From a virus (taxonomy: Duplodnaviria > Caudoviricetes): a stretch of 58,543 nucleotides of DNA. The notes under the pieces are model-generated. The model saw nothing but the letters and a program-made list of their open reading frames with translations. It was not told the DNA's origin and did not search any database. This document shows, in pieces, positions 8,398 through 17,188 of this stretch (its first letter is position 1; each line of letters opens with the position of its first letter). The stretch is from positions 1 through 58,543 of the IMG/VR virus record IMGVR_UViG_3300032241_002115, one strand, 5' to 3'. The position numbers and the translations under genes were made by a program.

Positions 8398-9774
8398 ATG
8401 AAGCTATTCAACAGCAAGAAAAAAAGATTCAATAGTGCACTGGCCGTGCGAAAGGCCAGCGATTCTGGCTTGATTCTGCCAAAAAACTATGACCTGGGCA
8501 TCCTGTACGACGCTACAGGAGCCATGGGTCTGGCTGGAAACCCCTATTCTCACGGTGAAGCCATCCATACCATGCCTCAACAGGCTGCTGAAATGTATCT
8601 GAAGGACATAAAAGAGTCAGGTCAACCCATCAGCGACGATGCCAGAGATCTTTTTGGCATTGAAACGGACAGTAAAACCGGTTTACACTCCATAGAAACC
8701 ACCAATGGACTGCTGGCACACACCGGAACTCCACTAAATGACTGGGCTACCATACCCATCAAGAACGCTAATGGAGGTGGAGCAAGTACAGGGCTGGTGC
8801 ATCACCACCTGTTCAACTCCAGCGACCCCAATGAGACCATCGGAGACCACCCGCTGGGCTTCAGTTTTGGTGCTGGGCACTATGTTCTGCCGGGTGAGTC
8901 GGATCCTGTGAATATTATTAACGGTCGTATGTTCAATTTCTCTGATATTATGCGTCATGCTCAGAGAATTGCTGCCAAGCAGCTTTCTCGAGATGCGTTC
9001 AGTACGGATCTGAAGCCAGAAGATGCTGGTAAACAGTACATGCGCAGCATGATTCGGTTTGGAGCCATGTTTGAGCCGGATGAGATCCTGAACGAAGAAG
9101 GAAAACTTACCGGTTGGAAGCCTCATAACGCTAGCAGCAGCAACCACATGCTGGTCAGACCAGTTCCGGTTCACTTTGCTGCCAAACAGGCTCTGCAAAA
9201 CATACTCACTAACCCTCATAGCAGAAAGCGATTGGATCTTTCACGCAGTACTGGCGCCAACAGAGAGTACGACCAGTATCTGATGGATCGTCTGGATACT
9301 GCAGAGTTCGGTCTGGACCTTTCTCCTATCAACTGTGTGAATCATCACTTCCATCCTAACTTTTTACTGCGTGATCAACAGGATATTATACGTGGTCTGC
9401 GTAGCGAAGACAAAATACTCAGTGGAATTATCAATAAGATTTACAGACCATCAAGCAATCGTGATGGATCAATCAGCTTCCAGGGTCTAAAGCCTCGTGC
9501 AAGTTTAGCGCTGGGTAATACTGCCTGGTCTACCGGTGCCAATCAGGCAGTGATCTTGGGTCTGAGAAAGCATGCTGCACTGATTAACAGCTATAATGCT
9601 GCAAAAACTGAACCAGTCATGCCACTTGACCGCAGTCTTACCCTGGGAGCACAGGAAAGAGCACGACAGGTACTGGAACGTCGACCAGATGGTGAACCAG
9701 ATGTCGATACAGGTACTCTGCCAAATGCTGGATCAGGTAGTATTAGTGATCTTTCTGATCTGTACGGTATCTGA
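8398..9774 (+). CDS. hypothetical protein, putative capsid-internal
   Basis: 458 aa; leader KLFNSKKKRFNSALAVRKAS. Confidence 0.75.
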   Translation: MKLFNSKKKRFNSALAVRKASDSGLILPKNYDLGILYDATGAMGLAGNPYSHGEAIHTMPQQAAEMYLKDIKESGQPISDDARDLFGIETDSKTGLHSIETTNGLLAHTGTPLNDWATIPIKNANGGGASTGLVHHHLFNSSDPNETIGDHPLGFSFGAGHYVLPGESDPVNIINGRMFNFSDIMRHAQRIAAKQLSRDAFSTDLKPEDAGKQYMRSMIRFGAMFEPDEILNEEGKLTGWKPHNASSSNHMLVRPVPVHFAAKQALQNILTNPHSRKRLDLSRSTGANREYDQYLMDRLDTAEFGLDLSPINCVNHHFHPNFLLRDQQDIIRGLRSEDKILSGIINKIYRPSSNRDGSISFQGLKPRASLALGNTAWSTGANQAVILGLRKHAALINSYNAAKTEPVMPLDRSLTLGAQERARQVLERRPDGEPDVDTGTLPNAGSGSISDLSDLYGI

Positions 9775-9801
9775 TTTTCATATTCCGTTAACAAAATGAG
9801 C

Positions 9802-9830
9802 TTGACAGCGAAAAAAATCGCTTATATTAT
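9802..9830 (+). promoter_or_regulatory. sigma70/SigA-type promoter
   Basis: TTGACA-N17-TATTAT upstream of 9849. Confidence 0.7.
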
Positions 9831-9848
9831 TAAACATTAAGGATAATC

Positions 9849-10379
9849 ATGCAAAACAAGTGTGATTGCAGTTGTAAAACCGATAAAAGCTGCAAAAAAT
9901 CAGAAAAAATCGATGTTATCCCTGGGTTTAAGCAGGATTCTGCCCAAAAACCGGCTGAAACCACTCCTGGTCACGATCAAAAAGAGACTCACAGCTATAT
10001 TGCTCACTTTCCAGAGCATGAACCACGAGAAGGAGACCCAAACTATGTCGACTTTAATGCTTATCGCAGAAAAACTCATGCGACCGCTCAGTGTGCCGTT
10101 GGCCTTCATCATAATGACTTTTCTGAGTGCTCTCTTGACCGGCCACTCGAGCTTCATCACGCTCATATAGAGTTTGCACTCCAGAATGGAGTGGATCTCA
10201 AGTGGTTGGAAACCGATTATCCCGGTGTGAGTGACCCCGACAGTGTGGGCAAGTGGGTGGAGAGTGCCCAGAACCTGGTCTGGCTGTGTTTCTTCCATCA
10301 CCGTGGGCATGGTGGTGTACACGTTGCCAGTGCCAGCGATTATGAAGCAGAAAAATACGTTAGAAAGTTCATCTCATGA
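9849..10379 (+). CDS. HNH/His-Me-finger-like protein
   Basis: C...C...LELHH...NLVWLCFFHHRGHGGVH pattern. Confidence 0.55.
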   Translation: MQNKCDCSCKTDKSCKKSEKIDVIPGFKQDSAQKPAETTPGHDQKETHSYIAHFPEHEPREGDPNYVDFNAYRRKTHATAQCAVGLHHNDFSECSLDRPLELHHAHIEFALQNGVDLKWLETDYPGVSDPDSVGKWVESAQNLVWLCFFHHRGHGGVHVASASDYEAEKYVRKFIS

Positions 10380-10561
10380 ACTGGAGTGAACGTTACGCTG
10401 CTACAGCAGAAGACTTGCAAGAAAAGATTCGTGGATTTATGTCACACAATCCCAACACTGAACGAGCTGTTAAAAATAATCCTGTTGCCAGAAGATGCAA
10501 AAGTTGTGACACTCTTGTAGCAGCTAATGAGCTTACCGGCGATGGCTGTCTGAACTGTTAG
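10376..10561 (+). CDS. small Zn-ribbon protein with MNWSERYA leader
   Basis: Leader motif plus CKSC...CLNC. Confidence 0.7.
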   Translation: MNWSERYAATAEDLQEKIRGFMSHNPNTERAVKNNPVARRCKSCDTLVAANELTGDGCLNC

Positions 10562-10571
10562 GTTGAACGCG

Positions 10572-10907
10572 ATGAACTGGAATCACAGATACGCCAGCGA
10601 AGATGATGATCGTACCACTCGTGGTCATAATTATCATATACAACAGCATGGCCAATCAATTGGTAGAAATGTAGTAGCTCTTCAGAATCTAGAGCCAGGA
10701 CATCCGCTGCATGACCTAGCATCGCTGGCAGAGCAAGCACATGGACAAGCTATCAATGCTCATGGATCAGCAGTAACTGCTCATGATACAGATAACCCTA
10801 GAGCTTTAATATACAGTGCCAGAGCTATAGCACTATCAGAGGCAGCTGACAGATTACAGGACAGCATAGAAATGATGCATCCTGAACACTATATAAAAGT
10901 TAGGTAA
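10572..10907 (+). CDS. His/Ala helical protein with MNWNHRYAS leader
   Basis: Leader motif; paralog of 7170..7625. Confidence 0.75.
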   Translation: MNWNHRYASEDDDRTTRGHNYHIQQHGQSIGRNVVALQNLEPGHPLHDLASLAEQAHGQAINAHGSAVTAHDTDNPRALIYSARAIALSEAADRLQDSIEMMHPEHYIKVR

Positions 10908-10912
10908 CAATT

Positions 10913-11101
10913 ATGAACTGGAACTCCCGATACGCTGGTGAGCGCAGGCGTTGCCCACACTGTGGCAATCTAGAACTGCAGTGCAAGTGCGCTGACCCTA
11001 CCACCAGAGAGAACGCTGAGGCAGAAGCTGATATCAAGTCAGCTATCCTCCCCAGCTCAACTCATGAATTCATTAATGGCATCAACAGCTTGATAATATG
11101 A
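10913..11101 (+). CDS. small Cys-rich protein with MNWNSRYAG leader
   Basis: Leader plus CPHC...CKC. Confidence 0.7.
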   Translation: MNWNSRYAGERRRCPHCGNLELQCKCADPTTRENAEAEADIKSAILPSSTHEFINGINSLII

Positions 11102-11502
11102 ACTGGAACTACAGATACGCATCAGATGCTCGTGCCAAGCGAATCATGGATCAACTTCGCAAGGAATATCCCGGTGCTGAGATAATTGATGACGCTGGCA
11201 GCTACTTTGCTCTGACTGAACCAACAAAAGATCACCCAGAGTACGATGGTGCTGTTCAGGTGGTTGTTGGGCCAACTCCGCCACATCATCATGAGCACAC
11301 CAGCCATGAATACCGTGCCCGACAGACTCCGTTCAACCTGCACATGGATGATCAGGTAATCAGAGTTGAACCCGGCCAGACTCATCATGTACCTCCAGGA
11401 ACGGTTCACTATCTGAGCGTTGATCCTGATACTGAGTGCTGGCTGGATGTGATTGACCGCCCTGGTCTGGATGATGACAACCCGGATGCACAAAATGTAT
11501 AA
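11098..11502 (+). CDS. cupin-domain protein with MNWNYRYAS leader
   Basis: PHHHEH..HEY and EPGQTHHVPPGTVH are cupin motifs 1 and 2. Confidence 0.8.
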   Translation: MNWNYRYASDARAKRIMDQLRKEYPGAEIIDDAGSYFALTEPTKDHPEYDGAVQVVVGPTPPHHHEHTSHEYRARQTPFNLHMDDQVIRVEPGQTHHVPPGTVHYLSVDPDTECWLDVIDRPGLDDDNPDAQNV

Positions 11503-11923
11503 GAAATGGAAAATACGTTATGCCAGCAATGGCAGCGCAAAAGAACAGGTCATTGCTCAGCTAGAGGATGACTACCCAGAAGACAAGATGCAGTGGATTC
11601 ATGATGCTGATTGGTCCGGTCCACAGACTGTTGATATAAAAGATATTGACAGCAGTAAACGTAAAACCTGGGCAGCCTACCATGAGCCTAAAAAAGTAAA
11701 CAAATGGATGAAACGCATAGAAGATGGGAACAAAAAACCAGTAACCCTGGTTAAAACTCCTAAAAATGATAAGTATATTATTATTGATGGGCATCATCGC
11801 TTCCTGGCCTATGAAAAACTCAAGCAGGACCCAGTGTGCTGGATAGGCAGTGTAGATAAAGAAAGTGGCCCATGGGATACTTTCCACAATGAACAGAATG
11901 CTCGAGAGGCGGCAGACAAATGA
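11495..11923 (+). CDS. ParB/Sulfiredoxin N-terminal-domain protein with WKIRYAS leader
   Basis: KPVTLV...YIIIDGHHRFLA motif; no HTH visible. Confidence 0.75.
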   Translation: MYKKWKIRYASNGSAKEQVIAQLEDDYPEDKMQWIHDADWSGPQTVDIKDIDSSKRKTWAAYHEPKKVNKWMKRIEDGNKKPVTLVKTPKNDKYIIIDGHHRFLAYEKLKQDPVCWIGSVDKESGPWDTFHNEQNAREAADK

Positions 11924-12648
11924 CAGATCGTATTGTAGGTAAACTAGGTAAACTAGAACCAGCTCGCCCAGATGGCCTGCACATGCTGGCTTTCTATCAA
12001 ACTAACCCTCTGCCTGCTGCCCCAGACAGCGTTGCTGTACCAACTGTAAGTGACTGGCGCATGCTGGCCAATGATAAGTACGGCGACTGCACTTTTGCTG
12101 GCATTGTTCATGCCAGGATGGCTAATGCTGCTGTTCTGGGCATCACAGAGAACGTTCCTACAGACGATGAGATTGTTAGCGCCTATCTTGGCTACACCAA
12201 TGGTCAAGACTCTGGTGCAGTAGAGGCTGACCTGCTCAAGCACTGGCAACAGAATGAATTGTTCGGTAGCAAATTGGCTGCTTTTGCTCCAACGGACCAC
12301 GCTGACCTGGATGAGCTGAAAAGTGTGATTGCCAGTTATGGTTTTGCATATATTGGTGTTCAACTGCCAGTAACCTTCCAGCAACAGTTCATTAACAATC
12401 AACCCTGGGCTCTTACTGGCACTCCTGCTGATCAACAGATCGAAGGAGGCCACTGTGTGATCCTTACAGGCTACGATGCCAACTATGCCTACTGTATTTC
12501 TTGGGGTAGGGTGCAACCAATAGCCTGGGACTGGCTAAAAAGCTATATGGAAGAGAGCTGGGCTCTTATAACTCCAGAACTTGTAATCACTGGCAATTAT
12601 GGTCAGCTGAGACTGGCTGATCTATACACAGATCTGGAGAAGCTCTAA
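11920..12648 (+). CDS. papain-like (C1-type) cysteine peptidase
   Basis: GDCTFA (Cys), GGHCVILTGYD (His), ISWG. Confidence 0.75.
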   Translation: MTDRIVGKLGKLEPARPDGLHMLAFYQTNPLPAAPDSVAVPTVSDWRMLANDKYGDCTFAGIVHARMANAAVLGITENVPTDDEIVSAYLGYTNGQDSGAVEADLLKHWQQNELFGSKLAAFAPTDHADLDELKSVIASYGFAYIGVQLPVTFQQQFINNQPWALTGTPADQQIEGGHCVILTGYDANYAYCISWGRVQPIAWDWLKSYMEESWALITPELVITGNYGQLRLADLYTDLEKL

Positions 12649-13658
12649 TGCCAATACCACAAAGAACAGAAGAGCTATTAAAAGAAGCAGGTTTCTGGGG
12701 AGATGCCTGGAGTGCCATCAGTGGTGTTGGGAAAGGAATAGTCCAGGGCGTTGAAGGCGCTGGCAAGGTTGTAGGTGACCTTGCTACCGGAAATATTGGC
12801 GCTGCTGAACGAGCAACCACAACAACATTTAACTCAGTAGATAAAGATCTGGGACAAGCAGCTCAAGCTGCTGGTAAAGCTGGTAATGAAGGCCTGCATG
12901 ATCTTGGTCAGGCTGCTAAAGCAACGGGTAACTTTGTCAAGAATAACGCTGGTGAAATTGCTCTTGGTGCTGCACTGCTAGCAGTACAAGCAGTACCTGG
13001 TGTTAATGTCGCAGTGGATGCTGATCTAGCAGGAGGCGTAGCAGCAGATGTTGCTGGGACTGCTGTTGCAGATACAGCAGCAACTGCTGTAACAGATACT
13101 GCTGCTGGTGCTGTTGAAGACACTGCTGGTAAAGCAATCGCAGATACTGCTGAGAAAGGTATCGCAGATACTGCTGAGAAAGGTATCGCAGATACTGCTG
13201 GTTCTGCTAGTGAGGATGCTGCAGATGAAGCTGGTAGCAGTGGAAGTAAATTTCAAGGGTTAAAAGATAAACTGGTAGGACTAGCAAAAGATCCAGTTGG
13301 CACTGCCAAATCAGTTGCTCCATATGCAGCAGGGGGAGCAGCTGTTCAACAAATTAATGCTCTTAACGATAAAGCAGATGCAGCAAATCAGCAACTAGAC
13401 GCTTTAAAAACTGAGCTCGCTCCGCAACCACAGACTTTATTACAACCAACACCAACAGCTCCTAGAGAAACAAGCCCAGTTATTTCTGAAGGCACTCCAG
13501 GAATGCCAGCTGCACCAGCACCAGTAGAACAATCAATTATATCAGATTCAAGCACTCCGCAGCCATTCCAGCCAACTGCTAGTAAAATACTAAATCTTGT
13601 AGAAGAGTTTGGACTATATCCACAAGATATTAAACGCAGTTTAACCACATGGGAATAA
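12648..13658 (+). CDS. Ala/Gly-rich putative ejection/pilot-like protein
   Basis: LKEAG followed by amphipathic GFWGDAWSAISGVGK; hydrophobic segment; tandem repeats. Confidence 0.6.
   Translation: MPIPQRTEELLKEAGFWGDAWSAISGVGKGIVQGVEGAGKVVGDLATGNIGAAERATTTTFNSVDKDLGQAAQAAGKAGNEGLHDLGQAAKATGNFVKNNAGEIALGAALLAVQAVPGVNVAVDADLAGGVAADVAGTAVADTAATAVTDTAAGAVEDTAGKAIADTAEKGIADTAEKGIADTAGSASEDAADEAGSSGSKFQGLKDKLVGLAKDPVGTAKSVAPYAAGGAAVQQINALNDKADAANQQLDALKTELAPQPQTLLQPTPTAPRETSPVISEGTPGMPAAPAPVEQSIISDSSTPQPFQPTASKILNLVEEFGLYPQDIKRSLTTWE
13137..13200 (+). repeat. 24-bp tandem repeat (about 2.7 copies)
   Basis: ATCGCAGATACTGCTGAGAAAGGT encoding IADTAEKG. Confidence 0.9.
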
Positions 13659-14557
13659 CTAAAAACCATTACGAGTCGCATGAGATACTGATGAGATACG
13701 CTACTGAAACAGGAACTGGCAACCATGGTCATGATGATGACCTGGAGAGCATAGAAGAAGAAAAACTTCCAGGAACATCCAGTGTTAGTGGTAAAACACT
13801 GCTAGCGAATATATCCACTCAGGATAGCAATCCCACTGAAGTTACTGCTCCAACAGGCGTATCACATACAGAACTTGAAAAAGAACCTCCACTGGTAAAG
13901 AACGAAGGTCTATCCAGTGTTAGCCCTGGTTCACTATCCACACTGATAACTGGAAGGAAAACAATGAGTCTATCTGCAAGAATTGCATATGTTATGGAGA
14001 ATGGCCAGCCATACTGTAGCAATTGTGAGAGCTACTACCTGCCAGCCAGCATCGGTACAACAGCCTGTGTAAAATGTGGTCACATCGATAAAGATCTTTC
14101 TCATGTAGAAGGTGAAAATATATCTGATGAAGATGCTGGTCGTGACATTATTAAAACAACAGTCACAGCATCTGTAAATTTGGATACAACCGATGATTAT
14201 CTGAATCTTTTCAGTACCAAAGTAGCTACAGACAGTGATAACTACTACCGCGGCTACAATGATGCCATGAATGGTCTAGAACTGGATGAGGACCTGGCTC
14301 TGCTTAGTGATGACTACTACAATGGCTATGACCAGTACAAGCATTTTAACAAGCCAGCAAAAGACAGCGTCACACAAATGCTTTATGACCTAAAACCAAA
14401 AAGCAACCTTATTCCTCGAAACTGGGATAATGGTATGACTCCAGGCCAGACTGATGCTGGCCCACTACAGTTAACTGACGGTATTGGACGTGCTGCAGTA
14501 GCAAATCGCTTGCCTTTCCCAGTAGATGTTTTTGAAAAGTTCTTTGAGGTAGAATAA
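13649..14557 (+). CDS. acidic protein with Zn ribbon and several R/K-x-A motifs
   Basis: MRYAT, ARIAY, TKVAT; CSNC...CVKC; possible internal start near 13964. Confidence 0.7.
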   Translation: MGITKNHYESHEILMRYATETGTGNHGHDDDLESIEEEKLPGTSSVSGKTLLANISTQDSNPTEVTAPTGVSHTELEKEPPLVKNEGLSSVSPGSLSTLITGRKTMSLSARIAYVMENGQPYCSNCESYYLPASIGTTACVKCGHIDKDLSHVEGENISDEDAGRDIIKTTVTASVNLDTTDDYLNLFSTKVATDSDNYYRGYNDAMNGLELDEDLALLSDDYYNGYDQYKHFNKPAKDSVTQMLYDLKPKSNLIPRNWDNGMTPGQTDAGPLQLTDGIGRAAVANRLPFPVDVFEKFFEVE

Positions 14558-15237
14558 TGAATAACTGCCCTGTTTGTGATGATGGCAAGTTAATCACAAA
14601 GATCAGTAGCGCTGGCGAAGAAACGTTCTGCAATGATTGCCGACGTATTATTGCTAGTGCTACTCTAGGTTTTGTTTTCACAGCAGCAAGCGATGAAAAA
14701 GGCGTAGAAGACTGTAAGGGTCCAGAAAATGATCCTCGACCAGGTTTCAAAGGGCCTGGCAAGCGTGCCAAGTGTCATCTTTATGATCCAGGTGATGAAA
14801 GGCAAAAAGAGCGTGCTTATCAAAGAGCCAAGAACTCTGCTTACAGCTCACAAACCCGAGTTGTCATCTCCAGAGTGATTAATGGTACTGGTGGGTTCAC
14901 TCTCACTGACCCAGGTCGTAATCTTATTGGTGATCCTAGAGAGACCAGTCCAACAACACTGCAAAGCTCAGGTGGTGGTGCTACCACAGCTGCTGAGCAT
15001 GGTGCGATGGACATAAGCAATGCTACTGCACCCAATGGTGTGCAACCTAACAGCAACCTAAACTCTGCTAACCCATTAAACAGCGGCACAACTGCTAGTA
15101 AAAAAGTTTTGGCTCTTTTATCTGAATTTGATAGAAATAATATGGATATACGTGATTACATGGGCCCTGCTGTATGCACCAGCTGTAATGAACAGCATGG
15201 TGATGACGAATGTAAAAGACCAAACAAACCGTATTAG
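14557..15237 (+). CDS. Zn-ribbon hypothetical protein
   Basis: CPVC...CNDC; RIIAS motif; coupled start. Confidence 0.7.
   Translation: MNNCPVCDDGKLITKISSAGEETFCNDCRRIIASATLGFVFTAASDEKGVEDCKGPENDPRPGFKGPGKRAKCHLYDPGDERQKERAYQRAKNSAYSSQTRVVISRVINGTGGFTLTDPGRNLIGDPRETSPTTLQSSGGGATTAAEHGAMDISNATAPNGVQPNSNLNSANPLNSGTTASKKVLALLSEFDRNNMDIRDYMGPAVCTSCNEQHGDDECKRPNKPY
15211..15237 (+). promoter_or_regulatory. putative phage late promoter
   Basis: TGTAAAA-N15-ATTAG upstream of 15263. Confidence 0.5.
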
Positions 15238-15262
15238 TAACTAGTAACAGAAAGAATGTACT

Positions 15263-15973
15263 ATGACATACGACAGTTTTGAAACACAGGTAAAGACAGC
15301 TGCAGCGAACACTTCGTGGTTCAATGGCACATCCGAGAGCATCTTTAATCGCCTGGATCTGCTAGAGGACCTGTTAAACAGAGCACGCACTGCTGCCAGC
15401 AACCCAAACGTTAACGATGGTGATCTACAGCGTTTTGCCAGCACAATTACCGAGCTGGCTACCGAAAAAGAACAGCTGGAAAAGATCGCCAGTGAATATG
15501 TTGACTTTGATGTTGAAGACTATCTGAATAGCCTGCCAGGTGGCACTGTTGCTAAAGAATATCGTTTGAGTAGTGCCGGCACCTATGACATCGGTGAAGA
15601 CGATGGTAGCCTGTTATTCAAGACAGCATCTGCTGTACAGTCAGAGTACGATGATGCTAACTGGATCAACTTTGTAACAGCTGGCGCTGAACTGTGGACA
15701 GAAGACCAGTCACATCACCTGCTGGACAGCCAGCTGAACACCAGAGAAGCAGCTGTTTTCTATGTAGAAAAGAAAACACTGCCCATCCTGGATGTTACCA
15801 AGCGTGCTGCTATCATTGACAACTTTGTTGACAACGTAGAGATCTGCAGACGTACAAAAGTAGCCAGCAACAGCTTCCGATCAGTCAAGGTTGCTAATGC
15901 TAACCGTCTTAAGGCTAATTTTGTACAAGATGCCCTTGAAGACTCGTTTGGGGACAGTGTAAACTGGTTCTGA
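15263..15973 (+). CDS. helical protein, putative prohead core/internal protein
   Basis: Six K/R-x-A motifs (KTAA, RTAA, KIAS, KTAS, KVAS, KVAN). Confidence 0.75.
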   Translation: MTYDSFETQVKTAAANTSWFNGTSESIFNRLDLLEDLLNRARTAASNPNVNDGDLQRFASTITELATEKEQLEKIASEYVDFDVEDYLNSLPGGTVAKEYRLSSAGTYDIGEDDGSLLFKTASAVQSEYDDANWINFVTAGAELWTEDQSHHLLDSQLNTREAAVFYVEKKTLPILDVTKRAAIIDNFVDNVEICRRTKVASNSFRSVKVANANRLKANFVQDALEDSFGDSVNWF

Positions 15974-15974
15974 T

Positions 15975-16502
15975 ATGTCTGAACTTGAAAAACTAGATAT
16001 CTCAAGCCTCAAGCAGTTTAGGTTTGTTGGATCTGTAGAGCAAGAGCCGGTAGAAGCAGATAATGAAGCTGATCTGACCAACGCTCTGCAAAAACTACTG
16101 GCGGATGTGGCTACATTCTATCACATCGTGCATGAGGCTCACTGGAACGTTACTGGTAGTGATTTTTATCAGTACCACAAGTTCTTTGACGAGATAGTGA
16201 GTGATGTGTATGATAGCATTGATCCTATTGCGGAAAACATCCGTAAGCTTGGAGCAAAGCCAGCATATAGAATGTCAGAGCTGTTCAAACAAGCAACACT
16301 ACCAGATAATGATATAAAAACTGATAATGCAGTGTCACTATCTAGTACATTGGGTGATTTAAACAAAAAAATCATCACAACGCTTAAATCTACGTTTGAT
16401 AAAGCAAATAGCGACAACGAACAGGGTGTAGCTAACTTTATTGCTGAGCGTATTGATTCGCATCAAAAATGGCAGTGGTTCTTAGAGGCATCAACGGGAT
16501 GA
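15975..16502 (+). CDS. dps: Dps / DNA starvation protection ferritin-like protein
   Basis: HEAHWNVTGSDFYQYHKFFDE...DPIAENIRKLG...HQKWQWFL ferroxidase signature. Confidence 0.92.
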   Translation: MSELEKLDISSLKQFRFVGSVEQEPVEADNEADLTNALQKLLADVATFYHIVHEAHWNVTGSDFYQYHKFFDEIVSDVYDSIDPIAENIRKLGAKPAYRMSELFKQATLPDNDIKTDNAVSLSSTLGDLNKKIITTLKSTFDKANSDNEQGVANFIAERIDSHQKWQWFLEASTG

Positions 16503-16741
16503 AGGCTATGGATTCAACTGCAGCAGGTATTTCTCAGGTTGTTGCACTGGTTACAGCAATAAGAAGTAATCAGGAAGATATAGCCTACGAGATGGTGCTG
16601 GAATCAGATCCCATTGATCTGTTTAGTGCTCTTACAGGAGTGCTTCTAGGCGTACTCAGCCGTTTGTGCGATAATAGTGGTCTAACAATAGATCACTATC
16701 TTCAAGAGCTTGGCAGACTAGCATTTAAAAATGAATACTGA
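16499..16741 (+). CDS. hypothetical protein
   Basis: ATGA overlap with the dps stop. Confidence 0.6.
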   Translation: MKAMDSTAAGISQVVALVTAIRSNQEDIAYEMVLESDPIDLFSALTGVLLGVLSRLCDNSGLTIDHYLQELGRLAFKNEY

Positions 16742-17045
16742 AGAATTATCAGCACAGCTTCCAGAAGGTATTGGCTTTAATACCGCAAAAGATGAAACCA
16801 TCGCTCTGGAGCTAGAAGAAGAAATAATCAACAGTACCAGTTGTAATAAATGCAGCCTGGTTTTTGAAAGTGTGCTGGTAAAGTTTGCCAGTGGTAAAAA
16901 TGAAGGTGTTGTCAGGATTGTTGGCAACAGCTCATCGGCCTGGAAGACATCTATGCCTAAAGACAGAGTGCGATCTGTTAAGCTGCTCAACGAAGCGCTA
17001 TTGAAAAAGATTGACACGCACAGAAAGATGATGCACAATGATTAA
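16731..17045 (+). CDS. hypothetical protein
   Basis: Tiles within the operon. Confidence 0.6.
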   Translation: MNTEELSAQLPEGIGFNTAKDETIALELEEEIINSTSCNKCSLVFESVLVKFASGKNEGVVRIVGNSSSAWKTSMPKDRVRSVKLLNEALLKKIDTHRKMMHND

Positions 17046-17175
17046 GTACAGTACAAACCCTGCACCGGATGCAAGAGCAATCACCAACAGCCCAACAGCA
17101 CCTATCAAGACCAAAGGTGGGCACGTAGAAGCAGCAGACGCCCTGGATCTTGACGCAGAAGATGCGAACGAATAG
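17038..17175 (+). CDS. 45-aa peptide beginning MIKYS
   Basis: Fills the gap exactly; same first five residues as the prohead protease (34268). Confidence 0.5.
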   Translation: MIKYSTNPAPDARAITNSPTAPIKTKGGHVEAADALDLDAEDANE

Positions 17176-17188
17176 ATAAAGGATAATA

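Noticed and set aside
10376-11125. Integron-like DNA recombination sites at ATGAACTGGA
   Set aside because: Conservation follows codons (M-N-W) with synonymous changes downstream, and there are no attC-like palindromes or integrase.
11495-11923. ParB-like gene as the cognate binder of the parS sites
   Set aside because: It has only the ParB/Srx N-terminal domain, with no HTH or dimerisation region and no parA nearby, and it sits in the late tagged-gene array.
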